Below, piece after piece: positions 24,780-35,800 of a stretch of DNA of 64,000 nt. Source of the DNA: Chiloscyllium plagiosum. Its lineage: Eukaryota. Numbering within the stretch: position 1 is the stretch's first letter; every line of letters starts with the position of its first letter. Under the pieces are notes generated by a model, which was not told the origin of the DNA, ran no database searches, and saw only the letters and a program-made list of their open reading frames with translations. The DNA is taken from contig NC_057756.1 in assembly GCF_004010195.1 (NCBI RefSeq), positions 7,755,676 to 7,819,675 of the forward strand, in the 5' to 3' direction. The position numbers were made by a program, and so were the translations under genes.

Positions 24780-25955
24780 ACTTTCAGTTTTTGGAAATCT
24801 CCTCAACTGAGAGTCATGGCAGATGGATCATTCCATATATTCAATGCTGAGAGAGAGAGAGCTTTGATTGACAAGGAAGTAAAGGTGTTAGACAGGGCAA
24901 GCAGGAAAGTGGAGTTCAGTTCACAACTAATTGCTTAGTGGTTCAGGCTGGAGGGACCAAATGGCTATCCTGCTCATAATTCTTAGGACGTATAAGCAGA
25001 AAGTATTGGAGAAACTGAACAGATCCACTCCTATCTGTGGAGAGAGATACAGAGTTTACATTTCATATCCAGTATGAATCTTCCTCAGAAATCCTACTAT
25101 TTGGGATCTTGACTTATACAACCTTCCCTCTCTTTCACAAATGTGTAAATCCCCCGATGACAGTTGATGAACACTGAGAAACTGTGTTGGGTTTGCTCAG
25201 CACCGTTAGATGTTCCTCAGATCGGCATTTTTCTGTTCGTGGTCAGTCGTAATTTCGAAGAAGAGGAAACTCAACTGTATAGAGGAACTATGCTATTTAA
25301 AATTAAAATCGAAACCTTCTTTGAGACTATTAATCATCTCCACGGGGTGAAATTACCGCATGTTCTGATTGGATTGGAACTGGGATCTGATTGTGTATAC
25401 ATTCCATTAATAGAGAATCCTTCATCACATTTGAAACATTTGGTGGAGCAGCAGTCAGTATTGAGACAGATAGAGTCATAGTAACAGAGATGTACAGCAT
25501 GAAAACAGACCCTTCGGTCCAACTCATCCATGCCGACCAGATATCCTAACCTAATTTAATCCCACTTGTCAGCACCTGGCCCAGAACCCTCCAAACCCTT
25601 CCCCTTATTCAAAAACACAAAAATCTTCAGGGACTTCACAGGGTAGGCACAGACAGGGTATATCTGTTTGTGGGAAAGTCTAGGACCAGGAGGCCACAAA
25701 CTCAGAACAAAACGTCGCACATTTAAGACTGAGATGAGGAGGAATTTCTTCTCTGAGATTCACAAATCTGCGGACCTCTTCTACTGCAGAGTGTTGTCGA
25801 AGCTGGGTCGTCATTAAGTATATTCAAGGATGAGGTAGGCAGAAAAGGCAGGAAAGTGGAATTGAGGATTATCAGTTTAACCATGAACTGACTGAAAACT
25901 CATTGAAAATTCAATATGCCACATTGCCTATATCTTCTCCTACAGAGGATGGAAT

Positions 25956-26287
25956 CATCAAATCCCTACAGTGTAGGGATAGACCACTTGGCCCAACATG
26001 TCCACACCAATCCTCTGAAGAGTAACCCACCAAGACCCATTCCCCTACCGTATATTTACCCCTGACGAATGCACCTAAGCTGAACACTATGGGACAATTT
26101 AGCCTGGCCAATTCACAGAACCTGCACACCTTTGGACTGTGGAAGGAAACTGGAGTATCCAGAGGAAACCCACACAGATACAGGGAGAATATGCAAAGTC
26201 CACACAGGCAGTCACCTGAGGCAGGAATCAAACCCTGGTCCCTGGCACTGTGAGGCAGCAGTGCTAACCACTGAGCCACCATGCCGC
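25956..26287 (-). mobile_element. HE1/V-SINE
   Basis: tRNA head, V core and tail as in other copies. Confidence 0.9.
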
Positions 26288-27424
26288 GTGGTGGTCTTAT
26301 GGACGTCCTGCTAAATATCTGTTGAAAGTCGGTGAAACCACACTGAGGGTGCTGTGTGCAGTTTCCTTCACCACCTTATAAAGAGGATATCGAGGGGCTG
26401 GAAATGTGTCAAGGAGATTGACAAAGATGATCCCAGCCATGGGGGGTTTACACATCAGGAAATTATTGCCAATCAGGATGTCTTCTCTTTTGGAAGAAAG
26501 AAGGCTGAGGGATGACTCTATAGATGCTGACCAAGATTTGAATGTTTTAGATTGAGTGTATCAAGGGAAAAATATGTCATTTTGTGGGAAAGAGCATAAC
26601 TTTGGCCAATAATAAAAGGCAGACACCAAGAAATCCAATGAGGAATTTGGGAGAAACAGAGAGCCGGGGGAATTTGGGACTCGATCCTGCAGAGAGTGGG
26701 ATGAGATAGTGGGACTCACTCCAACTGGGAGTCAGGAAGAGAATATGGGACTCACACCCATAGTGAAGAGGGGGGAAGAATGTGGGACTCACTCCCACAA
26801 ACAATAATTGAGGTGAATCGTGTCAATGTGTTGAATGGGAACACTGGATAAACACATGAGGGAGAAGGGAATAGAGCGTTCTGATGGTAGACTTTGATTT
26901 AAAAAAAGCAATGGGAGGCTCAAATGCAGCATTAACAGCAGCATGGATGCGTTGGCACAAAGGGCCCTGTTCTCTGTCTTGTATCCTTTCCTATGGATTC
27001 ACAATTATCTGTAATTCTTGCTCTTTCTGGTCTGTCTGATCATTGTCAATGACTTTGTCCTCTAACAGTTCTCAAAGTTTTTGCCTGCTTCTTGAATCCC
27101 ACAATTAAATCTGTCCTCAACATAGCACCATCGTGTTACAGATATTAAACTGTGTCAATACACGAGATGAGGCATCTGTAATGCCTAAACCATCTGAAAA
27201 GGAGTTCTCCAAACAAAAATGTTTAAGGATCACTGGCTTTGACAATGAAGATCCAGGAAGGTGTCTCTAATTAGTGATTCATGCTGGTGATAAGGGTGTG
27301 AGTTCTGAGGGTTCCTCATCCATTCTGCTGCTCTGTAAATCAGCACAGACTGTATCTCCATTGGTGTGTGTGGGATGTACTGAGTTGGGTAGAAAACTGA
27401 ACAGGGCTGTGAGAACTGCGTGCC

Positions 27425-28566
27425 AATGGACTACAGTAAAGCCTTTGATAAGGTTCCACATGGTAGGCTGTTGGAGAAAATGCAGTGGCATGGAATTGAG
27501 GGCGATTTAGCAGTTTGGATTAGAAACTGGCTTTCTGAAAGAAGGCAGCGTGTGGTGGTTGATGGAAAATATTCAGCCTGGAGTCCGGTTACTAGTGGTG
27601 TGCCACAAGGATCTGTTTTGGGACCACTGCTGTTTGTCATTTTTATAAATGACTTAGACACAGGCATAGGTGGATGGATTAGTAAATTTGCAGATGACAC
27701 TAAAGTCGGTGGAGTAGTGGACAGTGTGGAAGAATGTCTCAGGTTGCAGGGGGACATTGATAAACTGCAGAATTGGGCTGAGAGGTGGGAAATGGAGTTC
27801 AATGCAGTTAAATGTGAGGTGATGCTCTTTGGGAAGGATAACAGGAAGGCAGAGTACAGGGTCGATGGAAAGATCTGCAGAGGGATCTTGGAGTCCATAC
27901 ATAGATCCCTGAAAGTTGCCACCCAGGTGGATAGTGCTGTTAAGAAGGTATACGGTGTGTCAGGTTTCATTCGTAGGGAGATTGAGTTCCGGAGCCGCAA
28001 TATCATGCTGCAACAATACAAAATGCTGGTGCGGCCACATTTGGAATATTGTGTACAGTTCTGGTCCCCATATTTTGGGAAGGATGTGGAAGCATTGGAA
28101 AAGGTGCAGAGGAGATTTACTAGGATGTTGCCTGGTCTGGAGGGAAGGTCTTATGAGGAAAGGCTGAGAGACTTGAACCTGTTCTCATTGGAAAGAAGAA
28201 GGTTAAGAGGGGATTTGATAGAGACATACAAGATGATCAGAGGATTAGTGAGGGTAGACAGTGAAAGTCTTTTTCCTAGGATGATGACATCAGTGTGTAC
28301 AAGGGGGCATAACTACAAATTGAGGGGTGATAGATTTAAGTCAGATGTCAGAGGCAGGTTCTTTACGCAGAGAGTGGTAAGGGTGTGGAATTCCCTACCT
28401 GCTAATATAGCCATCTCAGCCACATTAGGGAGATTTAAACAATCTTAGATAACCACATGGATGATTTTGGGATAGTGTAGGGGGATGAGCTGAGAATAGT
28501 TCACAGGTCGGTGCAATATCGAGGGTCGAAGAGCCTGTTCTGTGCTGTATTGTTTTATGTTCTATG
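27425..28566 (+). mobile_element. CR1 LINE, 5'-truncated, RT C-terminal ORF of 342 aa
   Basis: [54 protein letters not shown]; TTCTATG tail. Confidence 0.95.
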
Positions 28567-28744
28567 TAGGATGAACCTGTCTGCTCTGTGTCCAGAGTTC
28601 CTCTCCATCTGCTGTGTACCCCTTGGGGAGTTGTGTGTCCTGTAGATGGTCCACACTGCAGCTACCAGTGACGGAAGGTGTGGATATCAAATCAAGTGGA
28701 TCCACAGGCCATCCAGTGCTAAATACTGGTATTTCTCTCCACAG

Positions 28745-29110
28745 CTGGACTGGCACAAGAGTGGAATGCCAAAACTCAAGGTGGGGTGGTGGCACAGGAA
28801 GGTTCCTGTGCACAGATTCCATGCCGCTACAATTACCCTTCACATCTGTCAAACCTCCCGCGAATTGGAATCTGGTTTAATAACGAAAATAGGCAAACAT
28901 CATCAACAGCCTTTCACTCCAACGATCACAGTCGTGAGTTGGCACGGTTCCGCCATCGGACCCAGCTGTCTGGAGACCTGAAAGATGGAGACTGTTCCCT
29001 GATTATAAAGGGCATCACACGGGAAGATGCAGGACCATATTATTTCAGAGTAGAATTTGACAATGTGAACAGTTACAGCTACCTTCCAGCAACCTGGCTT
29101 CAAGTTTCTG
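28745..29110 (+). CDS. Siglec-like gene: V-set Ig exon V1
   Basis: TTTCTCTCCACAG acceptor, G|GTAAGT donor, 366 bp, phase 1-1, open; QEGSCAQIPC, GDLKDGDCSLII, DAGPYYFRVE Siglec V-set signature. Confidence 0.93.
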
Positions 29111-29547
29111 GTAAGTGCTGAGTTATAATTACTCATAATCCTACTGTCAAGTCAATGGGAGAGGACAGGCCACCAAGTCGGATTTGTTAGTTTTATAGCT
29201 GTGTTAACCTGGTGTTGCAGCTTTCAGGATTTCATCTGTTTGTATTGTATAGTATTCATCTATTTGAGTATTGCAATTGTAATAGCCCCCACTGCTTCCT
29301 CTGGCAGTTCATTCCACAAACAAACCACCCTCTGTGTAAAAAGGTTGCTCCTCAAGTCCCTTTTATATCTTTCTTCTGTTTTTACATCCTTGTAACCTCC
29401 CTCTTCCTTCAGTTCTATGGACAGTCTCGAGTTCTGTCTTCTAGTGGATACCTGTCTTTACGCATCCCATTGTTGGTGGATTGACATTCCAGTTGTCTGG
29501 AACTTGGAGGTCAGGAATTCCTTCCCCCAATGTCCCTGCCTCTCTCC

Positions 29548-31020
29548 TTTGACGTCTTGCCTTAAGACCATAAGAAATTGGAATAGGCGGTGGCCATTCA
29601 GCCCCTCATGCCTGCTCTGCCATTCAGTACGGTCATGGCTGATCCGACATTCCTCACGTCCACTTCCTGCATTTTCCCCGTAACCCTTGATTCCTCAACT
29701 AATGAAAGATCTGTCAACGTCAGCCTCAAAAACACACAAGGATCTTGCCCCCAATAGCTCTCTGTGGCAAAGAGTTCTAAAGACACTTAACCCTCCGAGA
29801 GAAGAAATTCCTCTTCATCTCAGTCTTAAATTTTAATCTTTTAATCCGAGACACTGTCCTCTTGTTCGAAACTCCCCCATGGAGGATAACATCCTCTCAA
29901 TAGCAACTCTATCAAGCCCCTTCAAAATCCTTTATGTTTCAATCAGGTCACCTGTCTTTCTTCTTAAATTCACTGAGAACAGTCCCAACCTGTTTAACCT
30001 TTGATCCTCCATTCTGGGGATCATCCTAGTGAACTTCCTCCGAACTGCCTCCAGTGAAATGATATCTTTCCTTACATAAGGGGACCAAAACTGTTGACAG
30101 TACTCTGCAGGTGGTTTCCCCAGCACCTTGTCCATTTGCAGGAAGACTTCCTTACACTTTATCCTCTAAACCCTTTGAAGTAAGGGCCAACATTCCATTA
30201 GCCTTTGTTATGGACCAGGCCAGACCCCCGCAAGCCATTTCAAGAAAGTAGCCTGGACCCTAACTTTGCGAGTTGTTTTAAGCAGGTGTAGAGTGGATAT
30301 TCCAGGAGAAATGCAGCTGGCCCAACCACTTACTTTTAAACAAAACAGAATTTATTTGTAAAAATACCGAATGAAACACAGACAAAAGAGAACAGAATGC
30401 AGAATAACTTAACGTATCTGAAAACCCAACAGATAATCACAAAAAAAAGGAAAAATTCAACATAGGAGAGATGTCAGAGAGGGGGAGGAACAGCATGGAC
30501 CTGCTTCTTTGGTTCCAGCGGCTTCACAACACTGCCTGACAGCTAAAACCAAACCAAACCAGAGAAAAGATGAGCTGGGAGAACTGGCCACTCCCCTCTC
30601 ATTGTACAAGTGTTTTCTTTTAACTTGAAGACCCTTTTTCCTGAGACAGTATCTATTAGCTATAATCAAACTGGCCACAAAACCCTTCAAACCTAGATAC
30701 CCTGGAACCTGTGTTTTTATGATCGCCCGAGTAAAGAAAACCCAAGAACAACATAACCTGGTTAAAAAAGCAGCATCATCACACTTTCCTGATTACCTTC
30801 TGTGTTTTGAGCACCAGTCTCTCCAAGACCTTCTGTTCAGCAGCTTTCTGCAGGTTTTTATCCTTTCAAATAAGACTCTGGTCTTTCGTTCTCCCTTCCA
30901 GAATGAACAACTTCCCATTTTCCCATGTTATTTTCCTTTTGCCAATTTTTTTGTCCACTGACTTAACCAATCAATAGCTCTCTGTAGACTGTTTGAATCT
31001 CTCTCGTAACGTGCCTTTCC
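29548..31020 (-). mobile_element. CR1 LINE 3' fragment interrupted by a solo LTR
   Basis: EYCQQFWSPYVRKDIISLEAVRRKFTRMIP; continues past 30783. Confidence 0.8.
30206..30783. mobile_element. Solo LTR, same family as 1684-2232
   Basis: TGTTATGG...TCACA termini, flanks CCTT/CTTT, colinear similarity with 1684-2232. Confidence 0.78.
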
Positions 31021-31333
31021 ACTTCTTCCACTTTGACTCTTTGAGTGAGCTTTTTGTCAGCTGCCTTAATCTCACTTCATATGACTCGCCATTTATACTT
31101 TGCCTGACAATGGTCTCTTGCAATAACTTGGGATGTTTAGTACATTGAGTGTGCTATATAAATATAATTTTGGAATACATTTTACTGATTACAAGCCCAT
31201 TCTGCAAGTTAATGAATCCTTCAAATAATTTGTTCCAATCCACCTCAGCACTGACCATTTCTCAATCCAGAGTGACCTGTAAATCTGGATCTACAAGCCA
31301 CTTGGTGCTAAATACTAATGTTTCTCGTCCCAG

Positions 31334-31702
31334 CTGGACTGTCACAGGAGTGGAAACATGGTACTCCCCAAGAGGTGACAGTGCAGGAAGGTTCCTGTGC
31401 ACAGATTCCTTGCCATTACAATTATCCATCATGTCTGGAAAATGAACCACGCAATGGAGTCTGGTTTAACAGTGAGAACCAGAAGCCCTGGGATCCCATA
31501 GCCTTTCACTCCAAGGATCACATTCACGAGTTGCCACGGTTACGCAATCAGACCCAGCTGTCTGGAAACCTCAAAAATGGAGACTGTTCCCTGATTATAA
31601 CCAACGTCAAACGAGAAGATGCAGGACCTTATTTTTTCAGAGTAGAATTTGAAAATGGCCCCAGTTTTAACTATTATCCTGTAACCCAGCTTCATGTTTC
31701 CA
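31334..31702 (+). CDS. Siglec-like gene: V-set Ig exon V2
   Basis: TTTCTCGTCCCAG acceptor, A|GTAAGT donor, 369 bp, phase 1-1, open; QEGSCAQIPC, GNLKNGDCSLII, DAGPYFFRVE. Confidence 0.93.
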
Positions 31703-32479
31703 GTAAGTGCTGTGTTATAATTGCTCAATAGTTCACATCCAACACTCAATGGGAAATAACATAAATTGTGACAACATTAACACAACAACCAGTGTGTGAT
31801 AAACCCATGTCTGATTCTCATTTACTGGAGGTAGCTTCCAGTTCAATCCTGAAGAAACCTCTGTTACTGACTTGAACATTAATAATTCAATATATTAACT
31901 GTGTCCATCAATGCTATAAGGTAATCCACTCCCATCTATCTCTCTAATCCTTTTTAAATGACCCAGAGAGATAAAATAAAACTCATATTTCTGTTGCGCC
32001 TTTCACCATCTCATGGTATTCCAAATATCTTCACAGAAGTAATTCTCCCATGGGAGCTGCTGTTGCTATGAAGGATTCACAGCAGCCAAATATTGCACAG
32101 CAAGCTCCAAAAAACAGGATTCTGACAAAAATCTGATCGCATCTTCCATTGTTCTGGCTGAGATTGTGACAAATAGGTGCTGCATGTGGGATTTCATTGG
32201 AATTTGCTAGAGTTTGGAGGAAGCGAGGAGCCTGTCCTTCCTGGGCTCTGAACTGCACCACCACCCAGTATTGTCCAATCATGGGTCTCAGTGTAAAAGT
32301 GTGTTAAACTGAGTGACATAGACCTCACCAAATCCAAAAATGGAAAGTCTTTATTGATTGTTGTCGTCGATACTAGTATCATCCTGGGGAAAGCGTTTTC
32401 TCTCATGGGAGTGCGATTTTTATTTTAACAACCACTTCACGATATATGTATCTGAAAGAGCTCATTTTGTATGTGTTAG

Positions 32480-32773
32480 GTTTCACAGATAAACCCATGA
32501 TATTCCCTGTGGAAATTATCGCTGGAAAACGTGTGAACCTAAGGTGCACCTTCAACACAACGTGCAATGGAACAGCTCCTGTCTTAGCCTGGGACACTCC
32601 CACTGCCGTACCTGGATCAGTCTCAAACACTGTAACTCAGCATGGTGTCACTCTGACCTATACTTCTGTTCTGAGCCTGATCCCATCACCCAGACACCAG
32701 GGACAAACTCTCACCTGCAGAGTGAGTTATCCAACTGTTTCATCAGAGCAGACCATCACACTGACAATACAAT
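32480..32773 (+). CDS. Siglec-like gene: second-domain C2-set Ig exon
   Basis: FTDKPMIFPVEIIAGKRVNLRCTFNTTCNGTAPVLAW...TSVLSLIPSPRHQGQTLTCRVSY; extra Cys typical of Siglec domain 2; TAG acceptor (alternative in-frame CAG at 32488), T|GTAAGT donor. Confidence 0.92.
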
Positions 32774-32882
32774 GTAAGTATGGACATCTACCATTCTACA
32801 TTATGCGGAGTATTCTACGTTGTGCCTGGCAAGGTCTGACAGTGGAAATATAACTGTGCAATCAAGTACTCTCCAGCAATGC

Positions 32883-35800
32883 AGGACTGACCCTCTGACA
32901 GTGCAGCACTCCTCAGCACTGACCCTCTGACCGTGAATCACTCCTCAGCACTGAACTTCTGACAGTACAGCACTCCTCAGTACTGACCCTCTGACAGTAC
33001 GGCACACCCTCAGACTGGCACCCCGACAGTGCAGCAAAACTCAGTACTGACCCTCTGACCGTGGATCACTCCTCAGTACTGACCCTCTGACAGTACAGCA
33101 CTCCACAGCGCTGACCCTCTTACAGTGCAGCACTCCTCAGCACTGACCCTTTGACAGTACAGCACTCCTCAGCACTGACCCTCTTACAGTGCAGCACTCC
33201 TCAGCACTGACCCTTTGACAGTGCAGCACTCCTCACCACTGACCCTCCGACAGTGCAGCACTCCACAGCACTGACCCTCTGACAGTGCGGCGCTCCCTCA
33301 GCACTGACCCTCCGACAGTACGGCGCTCCCTCAGCACTGGCACCCAGACAGTACAGCACTCCACAGCACTGACCCTCTGACAGTGCAGCACTCCCTCAGC
33401 ACTGGCACCCAGACAGTGCAGCACTTCTCAGCACTGACCCTCTGACAGTGCAGCACTCCCTCAGCACTGACCCTCCGACAGTACGGCACTCCCTCAGTAC
33501 TGACACTCTGACAGTGCAGCACTCCCTCAGTACTGACCCTCTGACAGTGCAGCACTCCTCAGCACTGACCCTCCGGCAGTGCAGCACTCCTCAGCACTGA
33601 CCCTCCGACAGTACGGCACTCCCTCAGCACTGACCCTCCGGCAGTGCAGCACTCCTCAGCACTGACCCTCTTACAGTGCAGCACTCCCTCAGCACTGACC
33701 CTCTGACAGTGCAGCACTCCCTCAGTACTGACCCTCCGACAGTGCGGCGCTACCTCAGTACTGACCCTCCGACAGTGCGGCGCTCCCTCAGTACTGACCC
33801 TCCGACAGTGCGGCACTCCCTCCCTCAGTACTGACCCTCCGACAGTGCGGCGCTACCTCAGTACTGACCCTCCGACAGTGCGGCATTCCCTCAGTACTGA
33901 CCCTCCAACAGTGCAGCACTCCCTCAGTATTGACTCTCCAAAAGTGCGGCACTCCCTCAGCACTGACCCTCTAACAGTACGGCACTCCCTCAGTACTGAC
34001 ACTCTGACAGTGCAACACTCCTCAGCACTGACCCTCTAACAGTGCAGCACTCCTCAGCACTGACCCTCCGACAGTACGGCACTCCCTCAGTACTGACACT
34101 CCGACAGTGCAGCACTCCCTCAGTACTGACACTCCGACAGTGTAGCACTCCTCAGCACTGACCCTCCGGCAGAGCAGCACTCCCTCAGTACTGACCCTCC
34201 AACAGTGCGGCACTCCCTCAGTACTGACCCGCCGACAGTGCGGCACTCCCTCAGTACTAACCCTCCGGCAGTGCACACTCCCTCAGCACTGACCCTCCGG
34301 CAGTGCAGACTCCCTCAGTACTGACCCTCCGACAGTGCGGCACTCACTTAGTACTGACCCGCCGACAGTGTAGCACTCCCTCAGCTCTTACCCTCCAGCA
34401 GTGCACACTCCCTCAGCACTGACCCTCCGGCAGTGCAGACTCCCTCAGTACTGACCCTCCTGCAGTACACACTCCCTCAGTACTGACCTTCCTGCAGTGC
34501 ACACTCCCTCAGTACTGATCCTTCTGNNNNNNNNNNNNNNNNNNNNNNNNNNNNNNNNNNNNNNNNNNNNNNNNNNNNNNNNNNNNNNNNNNNNNNNNNN
34601 NNNNNNNNNNNNNNNNNNNNNNNNNNNNNNNNNNNNNNNNNNNNNNNNNNNNNNNNNNNNNNNNNNNNNNNNNNNNNNNNNNNNNNNNNNNNNNNNNNNN
34701 NNNNNNNNNNNNNNNNNNNNNNNNNNNNNNNNNNNNNNNNNNNNNNNNNNNNNNNNNNNNNNNNNNNNNNNNNNNNNNNNNNNNNNNNNNNNNNNNNNNN
34801 NNNNNNNNNNNNNNNNNNNNNNNNNNNNNNNNNNNNNNNNNNNNNNNNNNNNNNNNNNNNNNNNNNNNNNNNNNNNNNNNNNNNNNNNNNNNNNNNNNNN
34901 NNNNNNNNNNNNNNNNNNNNNNNNNNNNNNNNNNNNNNNNNNNNNNNNNNNNNNNNNNNNNNNNNNNNNNNNNNNNNNNNNNNNNNNNNNNNNNNNNNNN
35001 NNNNNNNNNTCCCTCAGCACTGACCCTCCGAAAGTGCCCACTCCCTCAGCACTGACCCTCCGACAGTACAGCACTCCTCAGCACTGACCCTCTGACAGTG
35101 CAGCACCCCTCAGCACTGACCCTCTGACAGTGCGGCACTCCCTCAGTACTGACATTCTGACCATGCATCACTCCTCAGCATTGAACTTCTGACAGTGCAG
35201 CACTCCTCACCACTGACCCTTTGACAGTGCAGCACTCCTCACCACTGACCCTCCAACAGTGCAGAACTCCTCAGTACTGACCCTCCGACAGTGCAGCACT
35301 CCCTCAGCACTGATCCTCTGACAGTGCAGCACTCCCTCAGCACTGACCCTCCGACAGTGCAGCACTCCCTCAGCACTGACCCTCCGACAGTACGGCACTC
35401 CCTCAGTACTAACACTCTGACAGTGCAGCACTCCTCAGCACTGACCCTCTGACAGTGCAGCACTCCCTCAGCACTGACCCTCTGACAGTGCAGCACTCCT
35501 CTGCACTGACCCCCTGACAGTGCGGCACTCCCTCAGTACTGACCCTCCGACAGTGCGGCATTCCCTCAGTACTGACCCTCCGACAGTGCAGCACTCCCTC
35601 AGTATTGACCCTCCAAAAGTGCAGCACTCCCTCAGCACTGACCCTCCGACAGTATGGCACTCCCTCAGTACTGACACTCCGAAAGTGCAGCTCTCCCTCA
35701 GTACTGACACTCCGATAGTGCAGCACTCCTCAGCACTGACCCTCCGACAGTACGGCACTCCCTCAGTACTGACACTCCGACAGTGCAGCACTCCCTCAGT

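Noticed and set aside
27245-27303. Alternative leader exon near V1
   Set aside because: The ATG frame hits TAG TGA and gives no hydrophobic core with a phase-1 donor; 22084-22123 fits far better.
27420-28448. 342-aa ORF as a host or domesticated gene
   Set aside because: Ordinary 5'-truncated CR1 RT with an internal deletion and an intact LINE tail.
28745-31702. Rearranging Ig/TCR V segments
   Set aside because: Both exons end in splice donors, include the G strand, show no RSS heptamer/nonamer, and have the Siglec FRVE motif instead of YYC.
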